DNA of 64,000 nucleotides from the human T2T-CHM13v2.0 reference genome, Homo sapiens. The stretch is from assembly GCF_009914755.1 (NCBI RefSeq), contig NC_060930.1; one strand, 5' to 3'. Shown here piece after piece: positions 43,574 to 64,000 of this stretch (position 1 is its first letter; each line of letters starts with the position of its first letter). The position numbers were made by a program, and so were the translations under genes. The notes under the pieces were generated by a model. That model was not told where the DNA came from. It worked only from the letters and a program-made list of their open reading frames with translations, and did not search any database.

Positions 43574-46500
43574 ACTTCCCAGCCTCTGGTAAGCATCATT
43601 CTACTGTCTGTCTCCATGAGTTCAATTGTTTTAAAATTTACCCCCCATAAATTAGTAAAAACATGTGAAATTTGTCTTTCTGTCCTCAGCTTATTTCACT
43701 AACATAATGTTGTCCAGTTCCATCCATTTTGTCACATGTGACACAATCTCATTCTTTTTTATGGCTGAATAGCACTCCATTGTATATATATACCACATTT
43801 ACTTTATCCATTCATCTGTTAATGGACATTTAGGTTGCTCCCAAATCTTGGTTATTGTGAATAGTACTGCAATAAATATGGAAGAGCAGATATCTCTTTG
43901 ACATACCGATTTTCTTTCTTTTAGTTATTTATCTGGCAGTGGAATTGCTGGGTCATATGGTAGCTCTTTTTTAGTTTTGTTTTTTTTTTTTTTTTTTTTT
44001 TTAGGAACTTTCATACTGTTCTCCATAGTGGCTTCAATAATTTACATTCCCAGCAACAGGGTATGAGGGTTCCCTTTTTTCTATATCCTTGCAGCATTTG
44101 TTATGGCCTGTCTTTAGGATAAAAGCCATTTTAACTGGGGTGTGATGATATCTTATTGTAGTTTTTACTTGTATTTATCTGATTATCAGTGATGTTGAGC
44201 ATATTTTCATATACCTATTAGCTGTTTGTATGTCTTCTTTTGAGAAATGCCTATTCAGATATTTTGCCCATGCTTTAATCAGATTATTAGATATTTTTCC
44301 TAGAGAATTGTTTGAGCTCTTTATATATTCTGGTTATTAATCCCTTGTCAGTTGGGTGGTTTGCAAATATTTTCTCCCATTCTGTCTCTTCACTTTGTTG
44401 TTTGTTTCCTTTGCTGTGCAGAAGCTTTTTAACTTGATGAGATCCTATGTGTTCATTTTTGCTTTGGCTGCCTGTGCTTTTTGTGGGAAAAAAAACACAA
44501 AAACTAAAACAAAAACAAAAACTAAAGAGTTTCCTCGATGTTTAATTTTAGTTGTTTCATAGTATGTGGACACATATTTAAGTCTTCAATCCATTTTTAT
44601 TTTTATATACAGCAAGAATTAGGGGTCTAGTTTCACTCTTCTGCATATGGATAGCCAGTTTTCCCAGCACCATTTATTGAAGGGACTGTTCTTTCCACCA
44701 ATATATATATATATGTATATATTCCTGGCACCTTTGTTGAAAATGAGGTTAGTGTAGATGGATCATTTGTTTCTGGGTTCTCTATTCTGTTCCATTGTTC
44801 TATGGGTCTGCTTTCATGCCAGTACCTTGCTATTTTGGTGACTATATCTCTGTAGTATAATTTGAAGTCAGGTAATATGAGTCCTCCAGTTTCGTTCTTT
44901 TTGCTTAGAATAGCTTGTCTATTCTGGGTCTTCTGTGGTTCCATATAAATTTTAGGACTATATTTTTCTACTTCTGTGAAGAATATAATAGGTATTTTGA
45001 TAGGGGTTGCATTGAATAGAGATTACTTTGGGTAGTATGGACATTTTAACATATTGATTCTTCAAATCCATGAACATGGAATACCCTTCCATTTTTGGTA
45101 TCCTCATCAATTTCTTTCATCAGTGTTTTACAGTTTACATTGTAGAGCTCTTTCACTTCTTTGGTTAATTCCTAGGTATTTACTATTATTTGTTACAATT
45201 GTAAATGAGATTACTTTCTTGATTTCTTTTTCAAATTGCTTACTCTTGGCATGTGCAAATGCTACTAATTTTTGTACATTGATCTTGTATTCTGCAACTT
45301 TACTGAATTTATCAGTTATAATAGTGTTTTGGTGGAGTTTTTAGGTTTTTCCAAATATAAGATAATATCATCTGCAACCAAGGATAATTTGACTTCTTCC
45401 TTTCCAATTTGGATATTTTTTATTTCTTTCACTTGTCTGATTGCCATAGCTAGGACTTCCAGTACTATGTTGAATAACAATGGTGAAAGTGGGCATCCTT
45501 GTTTTTTTCCAAATCTTACAGACCCCATTCTGTTTGATACTAGCTGTGGGCCTGTCATATATGGCTTTTATTATATTGAGTTATGTTCCTTCTATCTTCA
45601 GTTTTTTTTAATCATGAAGGGATGTTGAATTTTATCAAATATTTTTTCAGCATCAATTAAAATGATCATATGGTTTTTATCCTTCATTATGATGATATGT
45701 GGTATCATGTTGATTGATTTACATATTTTGAACTATCCTTGCATACCAGAGGTAAATCTCACTTTGTCATGATGAATAATTTGTCTAACGTATTGTTGAA
45801 TTGGGTTTCCTAGTATTTCGTTGAGAATTTTTACATCAATATTCATCAGAGATATTGGCCTGTAGTTTTGTTTATTTATTTATTTATTTTGGATGTGTCT
45901 TTGTCTGGTTATGGTATAAGCATAATACTAGCCTTGTAGAATGAGTTTGGAAGTATTGCCTCCTCCTCTATTTTTCAGAATACCTTAAATAGGATTGGTA
46001 CTAGTACTTCTTTAAATGCTTGGTAAAATTCAGCAGTGAAGCCATTGGGTCCAGGGCTTTCTTTGATAGAAGTCTTTTTATTACGGCTTTGATCTTGTTG
46101 CTTGTTATTGGTATGTTCAGGTTTTCAATTTCTTCATGGTTCAATCTTTGTAGACTGTATGTATCTAGGAATTTATGTATGCTTTCTAGGTTTTCCAATT
46201 TATTAGCATATACTTGGTCATAGTAGACTCTAATGACCCTTTGAATTTCTGCATCATCCATTGTAATGTCTCTTTTTTTTCATCTCTAGTTTTATTTATT
46301 TGGGTCTCCTCTCTTTTTTTCTTTGTTAGTCTGGCTAAAGATTTGTCCATTTTTGTTTATCTTTTCAAAAAACGACTTTCTGTTTTGTTGATCTTTTGTA
46401 TTTTTTTGTTTCAATTTCATTCATTTCTGATCTGATCTCTATTATTTCTTTATTTCTACTAACTTTAGGTTTTATTTGCTCTTGCTTTTCCAGTTCTTTA

Positions 46501-47140
46501 AGATGTATCATTAGGTTGTTTATTTGAAGTTTTTCTTCTTTTTTGATTTAGGCACTTAAAACTATAAACTACCCTCTCCATACTGCTTTTGCTGAATCCC
46601 ATAGGTTTTGGTATGTTGTGTTTCCATTATCATTTATTTCATGAAATTTTTCAATTTTCTTCTTAATCTCTTTATTGACTCAGTAGTCATTCAGGAGCAT
46701 ATTGTTTAATTTCCATGTGTTTGTATAGTTTCCAAAATTCCTCTTGTTAATAATTTCTAGTTTTATTCCATTATGGTCAGAGAAGATGCCTGATATTATT
46801 TCCTTTTTTTCAATGTTTTAAGGCCTGTTTTGTGGCCTAATATACGATCTATCCTTGAGAATGATCCACGTGCTCAGGAGAATGTATATTCTGTAGCCAT
46901 TGTATGAAATGCTCTGTAAATATCCATTAGATCCATTTGGTCTCTAGTGCAGATTAAGTCCGATGTTTCTTTATTGACAGTCTGTCTATATGATCTGTCC
47001 AATGCTAAAAGTGGGATGTTGAAGTTCCCAGCTATTATTGTGTTAAGGTCCATCTCTCTCTTTAGCTCTAATAATATTTGCTTTATTTATGTGGGTGCTC
47101 CACTGTTGAGTGGATATATGTTTACAATTGTTAAATCTGC
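43574..47140 (-). mobile_element. L1MA-type LINE-1 (ORF2 to 3'UTR, internal deletions, 3' terminus missing)
   Basis: ORF2 peptides on - strand ([19 protein letters not shown]...[11 protein letters not shown]; NKLENL). Confidence 0.88.
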
Positions 47141-47401
47141 TTGCTTAAAAAAAGCCCTTTTTCAACAAAAAAATATATCAATAGAACCAGATTATAATGG
47201 GATCCACATGTGAAAACTATCAGACAAGGAATTTAAAATACTATTATTGATATTGTAAAGGCTTTAGGGAAAAAAAACAGAAGGTATGCATGAACAAATA
47301 GGGAATTTCAACTAATTGTCGGTAATTATGTGAATAAAAATGAACTAAACACTGCATTCAAAAGGCAGAGATCAGGAAAATAGATTTAAAAAATAAATAT
47401 A

Positions 47402-47697
47402 GGCCGGACGTGGTGGTTCATGCCTGTAATCCCAGCAATTTGGGAGGGCAAGGTGGGCAGATCACTTGAGGCCAGGAGTTCAAGACCAGCCTGGGAAACA
47501 TGGTGAAACCCTGTCTGTACTAAAAAATACAAAAAAATTAGCCGGGCATGCTGGCACGTGCCTGTGGCCACAGCTACTCAGGAGGCTGAGGCAGGAGAAG
47601 CGCTTGAACCCAGAGGTGGAAGTTGCAGTGAGCCGAGATTGCACCACTGCACTCCAGCCTGGGTGACAGGCAACAGAGGGAGACCCTGTCTCAAAAA

Positions 47698-47736
<39 letters not shown>

Positions 47737-47737
47737 A
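47402..47737 (+). mobile_element. AluS with (AAAT)n tail, immediately 5' of the chimeric retrocopy
   Basis: Alu dimer; TSD-like AAATAAATAT on both sides. Confidence 0.95.
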
Positions 47738-47745
47738 TATTGGGT

Positions 47746-52641
<4,896 letters not shown>

Positions 52642-52790
52642 GAAGTGATTGCTAATGGGTTCAAGGTTTCCTTTTGGGCTGATGAAAATATTTTAAAATT
52701 AGACAGTGGTAATGATTTAAGAATCTGTAAATATAACTAAAAATTACTGAAAAGAATAAAATTTATATAATGTGAAATATTTACCAAAAA
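52642..52790 (+). mobile_element. L1M 3'UTR fragment (target into which the retrocopy inserted)
   Basis: gtgattgctaatgggttcaaggtttccttttgggctgatgaaaatatt. Confidence 0.65.
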
Positions 52791-52799
52791 AAATCAAGG

Positions 52800-54478
52800 A
52801 AAATTCTTGAACCACAAAAGACCCCCAAATAGTCAAAGCAACCTTGAACAAAAAGAACAAAGCTGGGGGAATCAGACTATCTGACTTCAAAATATACTAC
52901 AGAGCTATAGTAACAAAAACAGCATGGTACTAGCATAAAAACAGACATATAGACTAATGGAACAGAACAGAGAGCCCAGAAATAAATTCACACATTTAGT
53001 TAATTTATCTTTGTCAAAGATGTCACATATGCACAATAGAGAAAGGACAGACTCTTCAATAAATGGTTTTGGAAAAACTAAATATCCACATGCAGAAGAA
53101 TGAAATTAAACCATTATTTTACATCATATACAAAAATAAACCCAAAATGGGTTAAACGCCTAAACATAAACCCGAAACTATAAAACTGATAGAAGAAAAC
53201 ATATGAAAAATGCTTCTTGACATTTGTCTGGGCAATGACTTTTGGATATGGCACCAAAAGCACAGGCAACAAAAGCAAAAATAGACAAATAAGACTGTAT
53301 CAAACTGAAAAGCTTCAGCAAAGGAAACAATCAATGAACTGAAAAGGCAATCTACATAAAGGAGAAAATATCTGCAAACCATGTATAAGTGGCTAATATC
53401 CCAAAGTACATACAACTGAGTAGCAAAAAAACAAAAACCTGATGTAAAAATTGGCAAAGGACATGAATAGACATTTCTCAAAAGAAAACATACCAATAGC
53501 CAAGTTATATAAAAATGTTCAACATTACTAATCATCACGGAAATGCACAAGGAAATCACAATGAACTATCACCTCATACCTGTTAGACTGGCTATTACTA
53601 GAAAGACAAAGACAAGTGTTGGAGAAGATGTAGAGAAAAGAGAACTCTCATACACTGTTGGTGGGAGTGTAAATTGGTATAGCCATTACAGAAAACAGTA
53701 TGGAGGTTCCTCAAAAAATTGAAAATAGAACTACCATATGATCCAGCAATTCCACTTCCACTTCTGGGTATACATCCAAAGAAAAGGAAATCACCATCTC
53801 AAAGAGATATCTGCACTACCATGTTCATTGCAACATAATTCACAATAGCCAAGACATGGTATCAACTTAAGTATCTATCAATAAATAGATGGGTAAAGAA
53901 AAGGGAACATATATAGAGAGATATATAGATAAGCACATATATATAGGTGTGTATATGTGTGTATGTATATACACACACATATAATGGAATATTATTCATC
54001 CTTAAAAGGAAATCATACCATTTGTGACAACATAGATGAACCTGGAGGACATTATGCTAAATAAGCCAGGCACAGAATGAAAATACTGCATGATGTCACT
54101 TATATGTAGAATCTAAAAAGCTGAACTCATAGAAGCAGAGTGTAGGGTGATTGCCAGGGACTGAGGTGGGGAAAATGGGGTGATGTAGGTCAAAGGGTAC
54201 AAAGCTTTAGTTATGCCCAATGAACATGTTCTGGAGATCTGATATACAGCATGATGGTTATAGTTAATAATACTGTATTATGTACTTGAAATCTGCTAAG
54301 AGAATAGACCTTAAATGTTCTCACTACACACTCATAACTATGTGACAGGATGGATATATTAATTAACTTAATTATGATAATCATTTTGCAATATCTACAT
54401 GTATATCAAAACATCACATTGTATACCTTAAGTTTATAGAATTTTTATTTGTCAATTATACCTCAGTATGGCTGAAAA
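52800..54478 (+). mobile_element. L1MA-type (L1MA8/9-like) 3' portion
   Basis: ORF2 C-terminal remnants and 3'UTR gtcaaagggtacaaag...atagttaataatactgtatt...gtcaattatacctc. Confidence 0.85.
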
Positions 54479-54695
54479 AATATATACTAGAAATAAAACA
54501 CAGTAACACAGATGCAGACTACCTTCAATGGGCTCATTAGGAGACTCAGCACAGCTGAGGAAAACAATCAATGAACTTGAATATAGGTAAATAGAAATCA
54601 CCCAAACTGAAAAACAAAGAAAAAGTAGAAAAAGTTATTTCAAAACTGCAGAGAGAAAATAAAGAATTTTTTAGACTAACAAAAACTGAAAGTCA

Positions 54696-55136
<441 letters not shown>

Positions 55137-55149
55137 TTAATTGCTCTAA

Positions 55150-57585
55150 GAGATAATTGTGTGCTCTGGTGCTGGGTAAAATGGAGTATGCCTGCTCCAC
55201 CTTGTCTTTCCAGCTAAATGCAAATATAAGAGCTGGACAGAAGGCAAGGAATGTTCGACAATGCAGGTGTGTTCAGTATGGAAATTATCAAGTTGGAACA
55301 ACTATATAAGAACTCTGAGAAGGTAATAAGATCAGTCAGGTCATGGGAGAAGCATAGAATTTAAGCTGCTATCAATCTGGCACCATTTTTCCCTGATCTG
55401 AATACAAAAATCTAGCATGAAACCTGGAAATGGACACTTAGATAAAGAAAGAAATCTAGGAGTGGCCCTCTAATACTAGCACACAGAGTAGAAAAAAGAA
55501 ACTCGTAATGCCCAGAGAATGCAGATACCAATAAGCTTTTATTCTGCCATATGATCTCTTATACCACAGCCTTGAAGCAATCCTTTGGGGACAGTGGCAG
55601 AAGCCACCACAGAAGATGGTTTGAACCAAATCTCTAAGTGAGGAAATTTTCCCCTCCAATCAGAGAACTCCAGTGGCTTTTTTTCCCCTGTGTCTCTGTC
55701 CTTTCACCACTTGACCCCAGATGTGGATGCAATTGCAAAAGTTTCTGAGAGTGTAGGTTAAATAAAGCCCCAGCTTTCTGGCTGTAGGACCAAATAGAGG
55801 AGCCCTAGAAAATAAAAAAGTACCAGACATGGAGAAGCTCAGCAAAGCAATCCTAGAAATTTGCTTATAAACACGTGGGCTCACCCCTAAGTAGTACATA
55901 CATGAATCTGATCATAATCGGTATACAGAAAACTTCAAAAGTGGAGTTAACCTGGGGTCCCAGAGAGAACAATGATTGGTGTACACACAGAATACATGGA
56001 AATAATCTCAAAGTCTAGCTGACATTGGAATTGGAGGTCATAGAAGGTGGGTTAGAACTTGCAGCCTGAACTCGGACCTGGTCAATTGCCTCCTAAAACA
56101 AAAATATCCACATATTCATAATAATTTTAAAAGGCCCCCACATCTCATAATATTTAAAATGCCTAAAATACAAACCAAAATTACATGCCATTTAAAGATC
56201 TGGGAAAATATCAAAAGGAAAATCAACATGTACCAATATTAAGGTAACAAAGATTTAGAATTATCTAATAAAGACTTGAAAGCAGCCAGATGTGGTAGCT
56301 TACACCTGTAATCCCAGCACTTTGGGAGGCCAAGGCAGGAGGATCACTTGAGCCCAGGAGTTTGAGGCCTGGGCAACATGACAAGACCCCATCTCTACAA
56401 AAAATTTAAAAATTAGCTGAGCGTGGTGGTGCAGATCTGTGATCCCAGCTGCTCAGGAGGCTGAGGTGGGAGGATCACTTGAGCCCAGGAGTTCAAGGCT
56501 GCAGTGTCCTGTGATTGCACCACTGTACTACAGCCTGGACAACAGAGTGAGACCCATCTCTTAAAAAAAAAAAGGACTTGAAAGCAATTATTTATTATTA
56601 TTATTACAGATACTCCAACAAACAATCATGAACACAATTAAAATCAATAGAAAGCTAAAAACAACAAAAAATATTATATAAAGAATTACAAAATGACAAT
56701 TTAATGACAATAAAATTTAAATTTTAAAATGACATACAAAATATGACAGCAGAAAACTCATTGAATAGAACAAATAGAAGAACACAAGAAGAAAACTGGA
56801 GTGCAGCTATTAATATCGGACAAAACAACTTTCAGAGCAAAGAAAATCCCAACAAGGATCGAGAGAGACATTTCAGAATCATAAAAAGTTCAATGCTGCA
56901 AGAAGACATTATAATCCCAAATGGGTATACACCTAACAATAGAGCTTCACAGTACAAAAAGAAAAACTGACAAAACTTGAAGGAGCAATGGACAAATCTA
57001 CAATTATCATTGCATATTTAGACACTCTTATTTCAGTAACAAATAGAACTACCGGAAAAATCAGCAATAATATAGAAAAACTGAACACCATCATCAAAAA
57101 CCTGGACATAATCGACACTTACAGAACACTTCACTCCATAGCAGCAAAGTGCACATTCTTCTCAAGAGCACAAGAACATTCACCAAGATAGACCCCATCC
57201 TTGACTTTAAAATGAACCTTAACACATTTAAAAGAACTGAACTCACACAGAGTGTGCTCTCAGATCCTAATATAACTAGACTAGAAACCAATAACAGGAA
57301 GACAACAGAAAATTCCAAACCTTTGGAAAGGAAACAGCACACTTCTAAATTATCCACGATCCAAAGAGGAAACTTCTAGGAAAATTAGCAAATATTTTTA
57401 GCTGAACATAAATGAAAATATAACATACCAAAATTTGTGGGATGTCATTAAGGTAGTATCCAGAGGAACACTTCGCCATGTACTTAATGTGGTCAGCGTC
57501 ATTCTGATTCTAAAGTGAGACAATGACATTCAAAGAAAAGAAAACTATAGACTAATACCTCTCGTGAACATAGATGCAAAGTTAG
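55150..57585 (+). mobile_element. Old L1M 5' region and ORF2 endonuclease remnants
   Basis: Peptides such as YTPNNRASQY, DKSTIIIAYLDT, DIIDTYRTLH, FTKIDPIL are L1 EN-like. Confidence 0.7.
56284..56573 (+). mobile_element. AluJ
   Basis: J-type dimer; TSD-like GACTTGAAAGCA on both sides. Confidence 0.9.
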
Positions 57586-58009
57586 GAGAGTAAGAGAAAA
57601 CAAGCTGGTGTCCCCACAGTCCCCTGAAGGGATAGGACCCCACCAAAGAAGAAGGAATTTCTCTGAGCAATCTGCTGTTGCCACTTATAGAAGCAAAAGA
57701 ACCGAACCAGATCTCCATGCTTTCCTATACATTATTTCCCTTTATCTCAATCAGAGCAATTTCCAAGGGGACCACAGAAGATTGACACTAAACCCAAAAA
57801 CCAGAGAAGATGGATGGATATGGAGTAGACTATGTTTAAGAACTGCAGGCATATTTAGTATGGAAATCGCTAACTTGAGGGGCAGTGAGTGAACTGACTA
57901 TACGTTTGATCACTACAGGCCAAAGAGTTCATCAATTTCTGCACAGCTTTAATCAAGGACAGTTCCAAAGGCTTTGGAATTACGCCATGACGGTTAATAC
58001 TTACGCACC

Positions 58010-58150
58010 ACTTACTTGGGTCAAGCCCCATAATGGCACTTTAAATATACAATTTCACTTAATTGTTCACAATAACTCTACAAGGCTGAGTAATGTTACT
58101 ATTCCCATTTCACAGATAAGAAAACTGAGGCTCAGAATATTTAAGTAGGA
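58010..58150 (-). mobile_element. MIR fragment
   Basis: attcccatttcacagataagaaaactgaggctcaga core. Confidence 0.7.
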
Positions 58151-60763
58151 AAATCTTTTGACTCTAAAACCTCCACAGGCTCAACCCTCATAGCTCCTAA
58201 CACTGTTCTCCACTCACCTCATACCACCCTAAAGAACTAAAGTATATCTTTTACAAGTTTTTTTAATGAGGTGAAATTCTGACTGTCCTTACAGTCCTGC
58301 TCTTATAAAATCGCTTAGAGCTATTGTCTAGGCCAAAGAGTAAAATGGAACTTTGTTTTTGCGGTTCTTCTATCAGAAGTGTGCACATGTCTATTCATTG
58401 ACAGCAAACAAAGCCCCAAGTACTTTGCATGAGGATTAAAATTTCTTTTGAATAAGAATTTTGATCAGTAAAATAATATTTCAAGCATTATGATGTCATT
58501 GGTGTCACATACACTGGTGTTTTAAAAGAACTTATAGCTTAAAAGCAAAGCAGAAAAAGCAAATTTTTTAAAATGCACAAAAATTGTTCACTGAAACTTG
58601 CCTCTAATTATTATGTGGGGACTTTGAGACCTCTGTAAAATCCACTCTTCCTCTCCCCAGTAATTTTTGAGGCACTCAGTGGTAACTCAAAAACAAGTCA
58701 CACAACCTCCTTAAAGCACCCATCATGTTTTTCTTTCCAACTTAGATCAACTTGGTGGCAAATGCAAGTGTCCAATATATGCCCCCTAGGCCTCTTCCTA
58801 AGGCTAGAGCTAGGCAGGGACCTCTGAGGTCTCCGGGAAGCTGGTGCCACCCTGGGATCTGGGCAGAGTTTGCGGCTGCTTCTCTTGCTGCCTGTTTCTC
58901 AACATGCTGAGATGGCAGCCAAGTACTGCCTGTGCCCCAAAGCCTCACAGAATATTTGGTACCAGTGGCTCCCTTCCTTTCTATTTGTAGCCCTAAAGTG
59001 CAGGTTCAGGCACACATCTTAGGGCTTGGATGAGGTCATTCTTTGAATTAGACATCTCATTAGCCTTTCTCACCTTCTCCTATTAGCACATACTTGCCTT
59101 CCTTCACTGAAACCTTACTGTTTTTCTTTCCTGTTATCCACCTCCCCCGGGGTTTCATAAGCCACCCTTTAACATGAGACCTGGGCTTCATTTGGAAGCT
59201 ATCACTGCATAAGTGCAAAAGTTCTGATGTTTTCACTGGGCTCTGAAACCCAGAGTGGAGAGGGGGATCCTAGTTGCCTCTACTGTGTGCAAGTGATAGG
59301 CTGTTTGTGTAGGACAGCTATCTTCTCAGAGGGTCTTCTATTAAAAGCACATGATTAGAGCATGCACCATCCCACCAAGAATTCCCTAGGAACACTCTCT
59401 TCCCTCCAGGTGGCTACTGCCATTGCACGTCCCGTTCATCCTCTAGGGTGCAGAGCCTGTGAGCCATGGCGCTTTTTAGATCTGCTCTACTTTAGGCTTT
59501 ATGACTGTAGGATGGAAGTAGAGGTTCAACAAGGTTTGCACTCCCCTTTTGAACTCCAAAACTATGACGACAGACTATCACGGGGTTCTGATAGGTAAAA
59601 TGCAACAGCAACAACGATCAAGATAATTTCTCGTTTTTTAGAAGACAAACTAGAAGCCATGCTGTAATCCTCATATTCAGAGCAATTATGAATATATTTA
59701 CTTAAGATTATCCAACATCATAATCCAATTCATTTCAGCAGCTCCACGGGAGCCCACCTGAAGGCCGCTTGCCTTGCAGTCATCTGACTGCCAAGCCCTG
59801 TATCTTCAGGCCTGTTATGAAGTTTTGCTCTCAGCTCGCTCCTAATTCTCCCCCCGTACAGAGGTCACTCTGACTTGGAACTCAAGTGTGTATCCTGATC
59901 AGACCTCCCTTTCTTGCATGGGTTACTCCAGCCTTAATATTTTGCATAGACCCCGTTTCAATTTCACTTTCCCAAATGAATTGCCATGGTTTGAAATATA
60001 TGTGTATGTTTAGCTTCCTCTGCACAATTGCCTCTTCAATGCCTCTTCCTTCATGCTTCCCTGGGCCTATTACTCATCCTCCTACCTCTGTTCTGGCAGC
60101 CGCCCTCATAGCTCCACTTGCTCCACCTTCACCCCTTTCAAACTCATTTGAGAATATCCCATTACCTTTTTTTCTAGTTATTCCTTCTGTCCCACTTGCT
60201 CTTTATTTCCATCCTGTTTTTAACAAATGTATCTTTAGACTTTCGTGTTCAAAACAGAAGAGGCAAGCAAACTCACCTTCATTATGTGCCACGGGCTTTC
60301 CAAATTTCTCATTTAGTATTCTTAACTATTTTATAAGAGAGAAATGAGGCTTGAGGCTTGAGGTTTATGAAAAGAGGTTTAACATGCCCAGGGTTGCATA
60401 GCTGGTAAGGGGTGGGATTTAGATTTAATCAGATGTATATGATTCCCAAACTCCTGTTGTCTTTTCATCACACAACACTGCCTTCAAAACATTATTTATA
60501 CTAACGAAATTGAATTTTAACCAAAAGTAGCCAGAGACATTGATATGTTTGAGTTCTATTTGTAGTCCAGTGCAGTATTTCAAACTGCACAAAGGTGGTC
60601 CCTTAGCAAACAGTTTTTTAAAATCCAGGGTCTTAGGAGTGGAAAGGACCTGAGAGACCATTCCATGTCATAGTTGAGGAACTTAGGAACCCTGGGAGAT
60701 TGCATAGCTTGCACTGCTGAGCTCCAAAAAGTCAGGTGCCCTTAAAAAGTGTATCACAGCTTT

Positions 60764-61789
<1,026 letters not shown>

Positions 61790-62683
61790 AAAAAGTGTAT
61801 CACGGCTTTGTGAGTCCAGGGAGGTGTCTCCTCTGGCTGGAGAGAATCTCACTCAGTGCTCCCACATCTTGAGCTAAAGCCCCTGGAGGGAGCTGAACCA
61901 ACGGTCTGTTTTCCAAGACACCCTCGGGTCTCTTCCATCACCCTAGCCATCCCTTTTCACTCTGTCACTGCATGATGACAGAGCCAGGTCTCCATCACCA
62001 CCACAATTCCATTCCCACACTTATTCTCCCATTCCTTTTATAGGTACCCCCAGTCCATGCACACATGCCTTGAGAATTCCTCTGTGCCTCCTAAAAGCAC
62101 CATCATTAGCATATTTCCCTACTCCTTAAATGGTTCACTTCCTTGACTTAGCTGCTCTAACTATGCCCTGATGACACTTCTTGCTGCAACCCTCAAAGTA
62201 GAAGCTACTTTTGTTTCTCATATCCCAACTCCCAAAGGGCCTAGAAAAAGAGTAGGCATTCTGCTTAACTCTGCCTATTTTCTTGATAAAAATAACAATT
62301 GGGTGGGAACTCCCTCATCTTCTCAACATACAATGTGCCAGCTCACCTGCATTGGACTGGTCTCTTCTGCCATGCTTCTGTCTCAGCAAGAGTGTTCCGG
62401 CTCTGATGGGGACACCTTCCCTGCTTCTGCCTGGGATTCTGTCTTTTGTGCCTCCTCAAGGACTTTGCCTCCAATCTTTCCCTCTCCTTCTATATCATGA
62501 CAAGCTGCTCCCCTGTCATCAGCACACAAATAGACTCTAATGTCCCCTATATTTAAACAGATACTCCCTTGACCCCGGGCCAAATCTCCACAGTTTCACA
62601 ATTTCATAGCAAAATGACTTGCGTTATCTGTTCTCACTGTCTCCATAATTTATTTCTCTTAACTCTCACATATCTCACTTTCA

Positions 62684-63148
<465 letters not shown>

Positions 63149-63499
63149 AAAACTGCCTGAGTCAAGGTTACTGATGACTTCCAGGTTGTCAAATCCAATG
63201 AGGTCTTCCCTGCTCTCAGCAGCCTTCAAGGTACTTTGTTCTCTTGGCTTCTAAAACACTACCTTCTAGTTTTCTTCCTTATGCACTGGATTTTTTTCTG
63301 TCTTTGTTATTAACTCCTTCTCCTATACCAATTGTATGACACATTCTCTATTTACACTAAAACCCTTGGTAATCCCATTTAATCCTTTGAGCTCCATGAC
63401 TTCCAAATTTACCTCTTCAGCCAAGATCTCTGAATGACAGGATTCCAAATGAAGGAATGCATTTGACATCACAAAGTTAACACATTCAAAACAGAACTT

Positions 63500-63630
63500 T
63501 TATTCTTTGGAACTAGTTAGAGGTGGAGGTTGCACAACATTTTAGATGTACTAAATGTCACTAAATGTTCACTTTAAAATAGTTTATTTTATGTTATATA
63601 AATTTGACTTCAATAAGAAAAAGAAAAAAG
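63500..63630 (+). mobile_element. Short 5'-truncated L1MB 3' end with TSD AAACAGAACTT, within L2 remnants
   Basis: ggttgcacaaca...gtactaaatgtcact...ttcactttaaaat; repeat at ~63489 and ~63631. Confidence 0.7.
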
Positions 63631-63674
63631 AAACAGAACTTGTGATTTCCTTCCTCACCTAAACCTGGTCCTCT

Positions 63675-64000
63675 TGATAGCAGCAGGAGGCAGACAAATT
63701 CTAGGCAGATGGGGTCGGTCCCCAGTGAAACCCGACCTTCAAGCTGAAGACAATTTAAAGCCTGGTTACCAGTCCCAGGCAAATCTACCAACCAGATTAA
63801 GAACCTGCCTTACCCTTTGGCATGCTTTCCTCTGATTGATCCTCACCTTTCATTTTACATATACCTACCCTTCCCTAATTGTTTTTTTAAACTGTCATGC
63901 CCATCTTTGAGTGGTGCCTTTGTTTTAACCATTTTTGCATAGTCACAAACCAATCATCATGAACTCACCCATCCTGAGCCCATAAAAGCCTTGGACTCAG
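63675..64000 (+). mobile_element. MER50-like ERV1 LTR (runs off window)
   Basis: tgatagcagcaggaggcagacaaattctaggcagat...ccccagtgaaacccgaccttcaagc. Confidence 0.75.

Noticed and set aside
59362-60347. ORFs 59362-59598 and 59886-60347 in apparently unique sequence
   Set aside because: No recognisable domain, low-complexity pyrimidine-rich composition, no convincing splice structure

Overview
Primate (very probably human 6q24) genomic DNA; AT-rich and repeat-rich. The + strand carries the last six coding exons of STXBP5 (tomosyn-1) at 399-638, 4650-5019, 5316-5481, 15024-15135, 24070-24290 and 26006-26047. All have GT-AG boundaries with consistent phases, and the protein ends in the R-SNARE domain and ...KKWYQF*. 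A ~5.7 kb 3'UTR with no recognisable transposon follows, to ~31.76 kb. Downstream is intergenic DNA full of L1/L2/MIR/Alu/MaLR/DNA-transposon fossils. The most unusual object is at 47746-52641. The YAP1 processed pseudogene (YAP1P1; two WW domains, YAP1-2alpha splice pattern) is a chimeric retrocopy: its first ~370 nt are the spliced 5' end of HSPA8 (Hsc70) mRNA, joined mid-exon to the YAP1 5'UTR. This points to L1 reverse-transcriptase template switching between two mRNAs. Other notable structures are a twin-primed inverted L1PA2 with visible priming microhomology, a rearranged MaLR provirus with discordant LTRs and an inverted LTR terminus, two Alus inserted serially at one endonuclease site, and three TGTAAATAAA (Pumilio element plus poly(A) signal) composites in the STXBP5 3'UTR. 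Gene and repeat identities come from recalled sequences rather than database searches; boundaries of old repeats are approximate.
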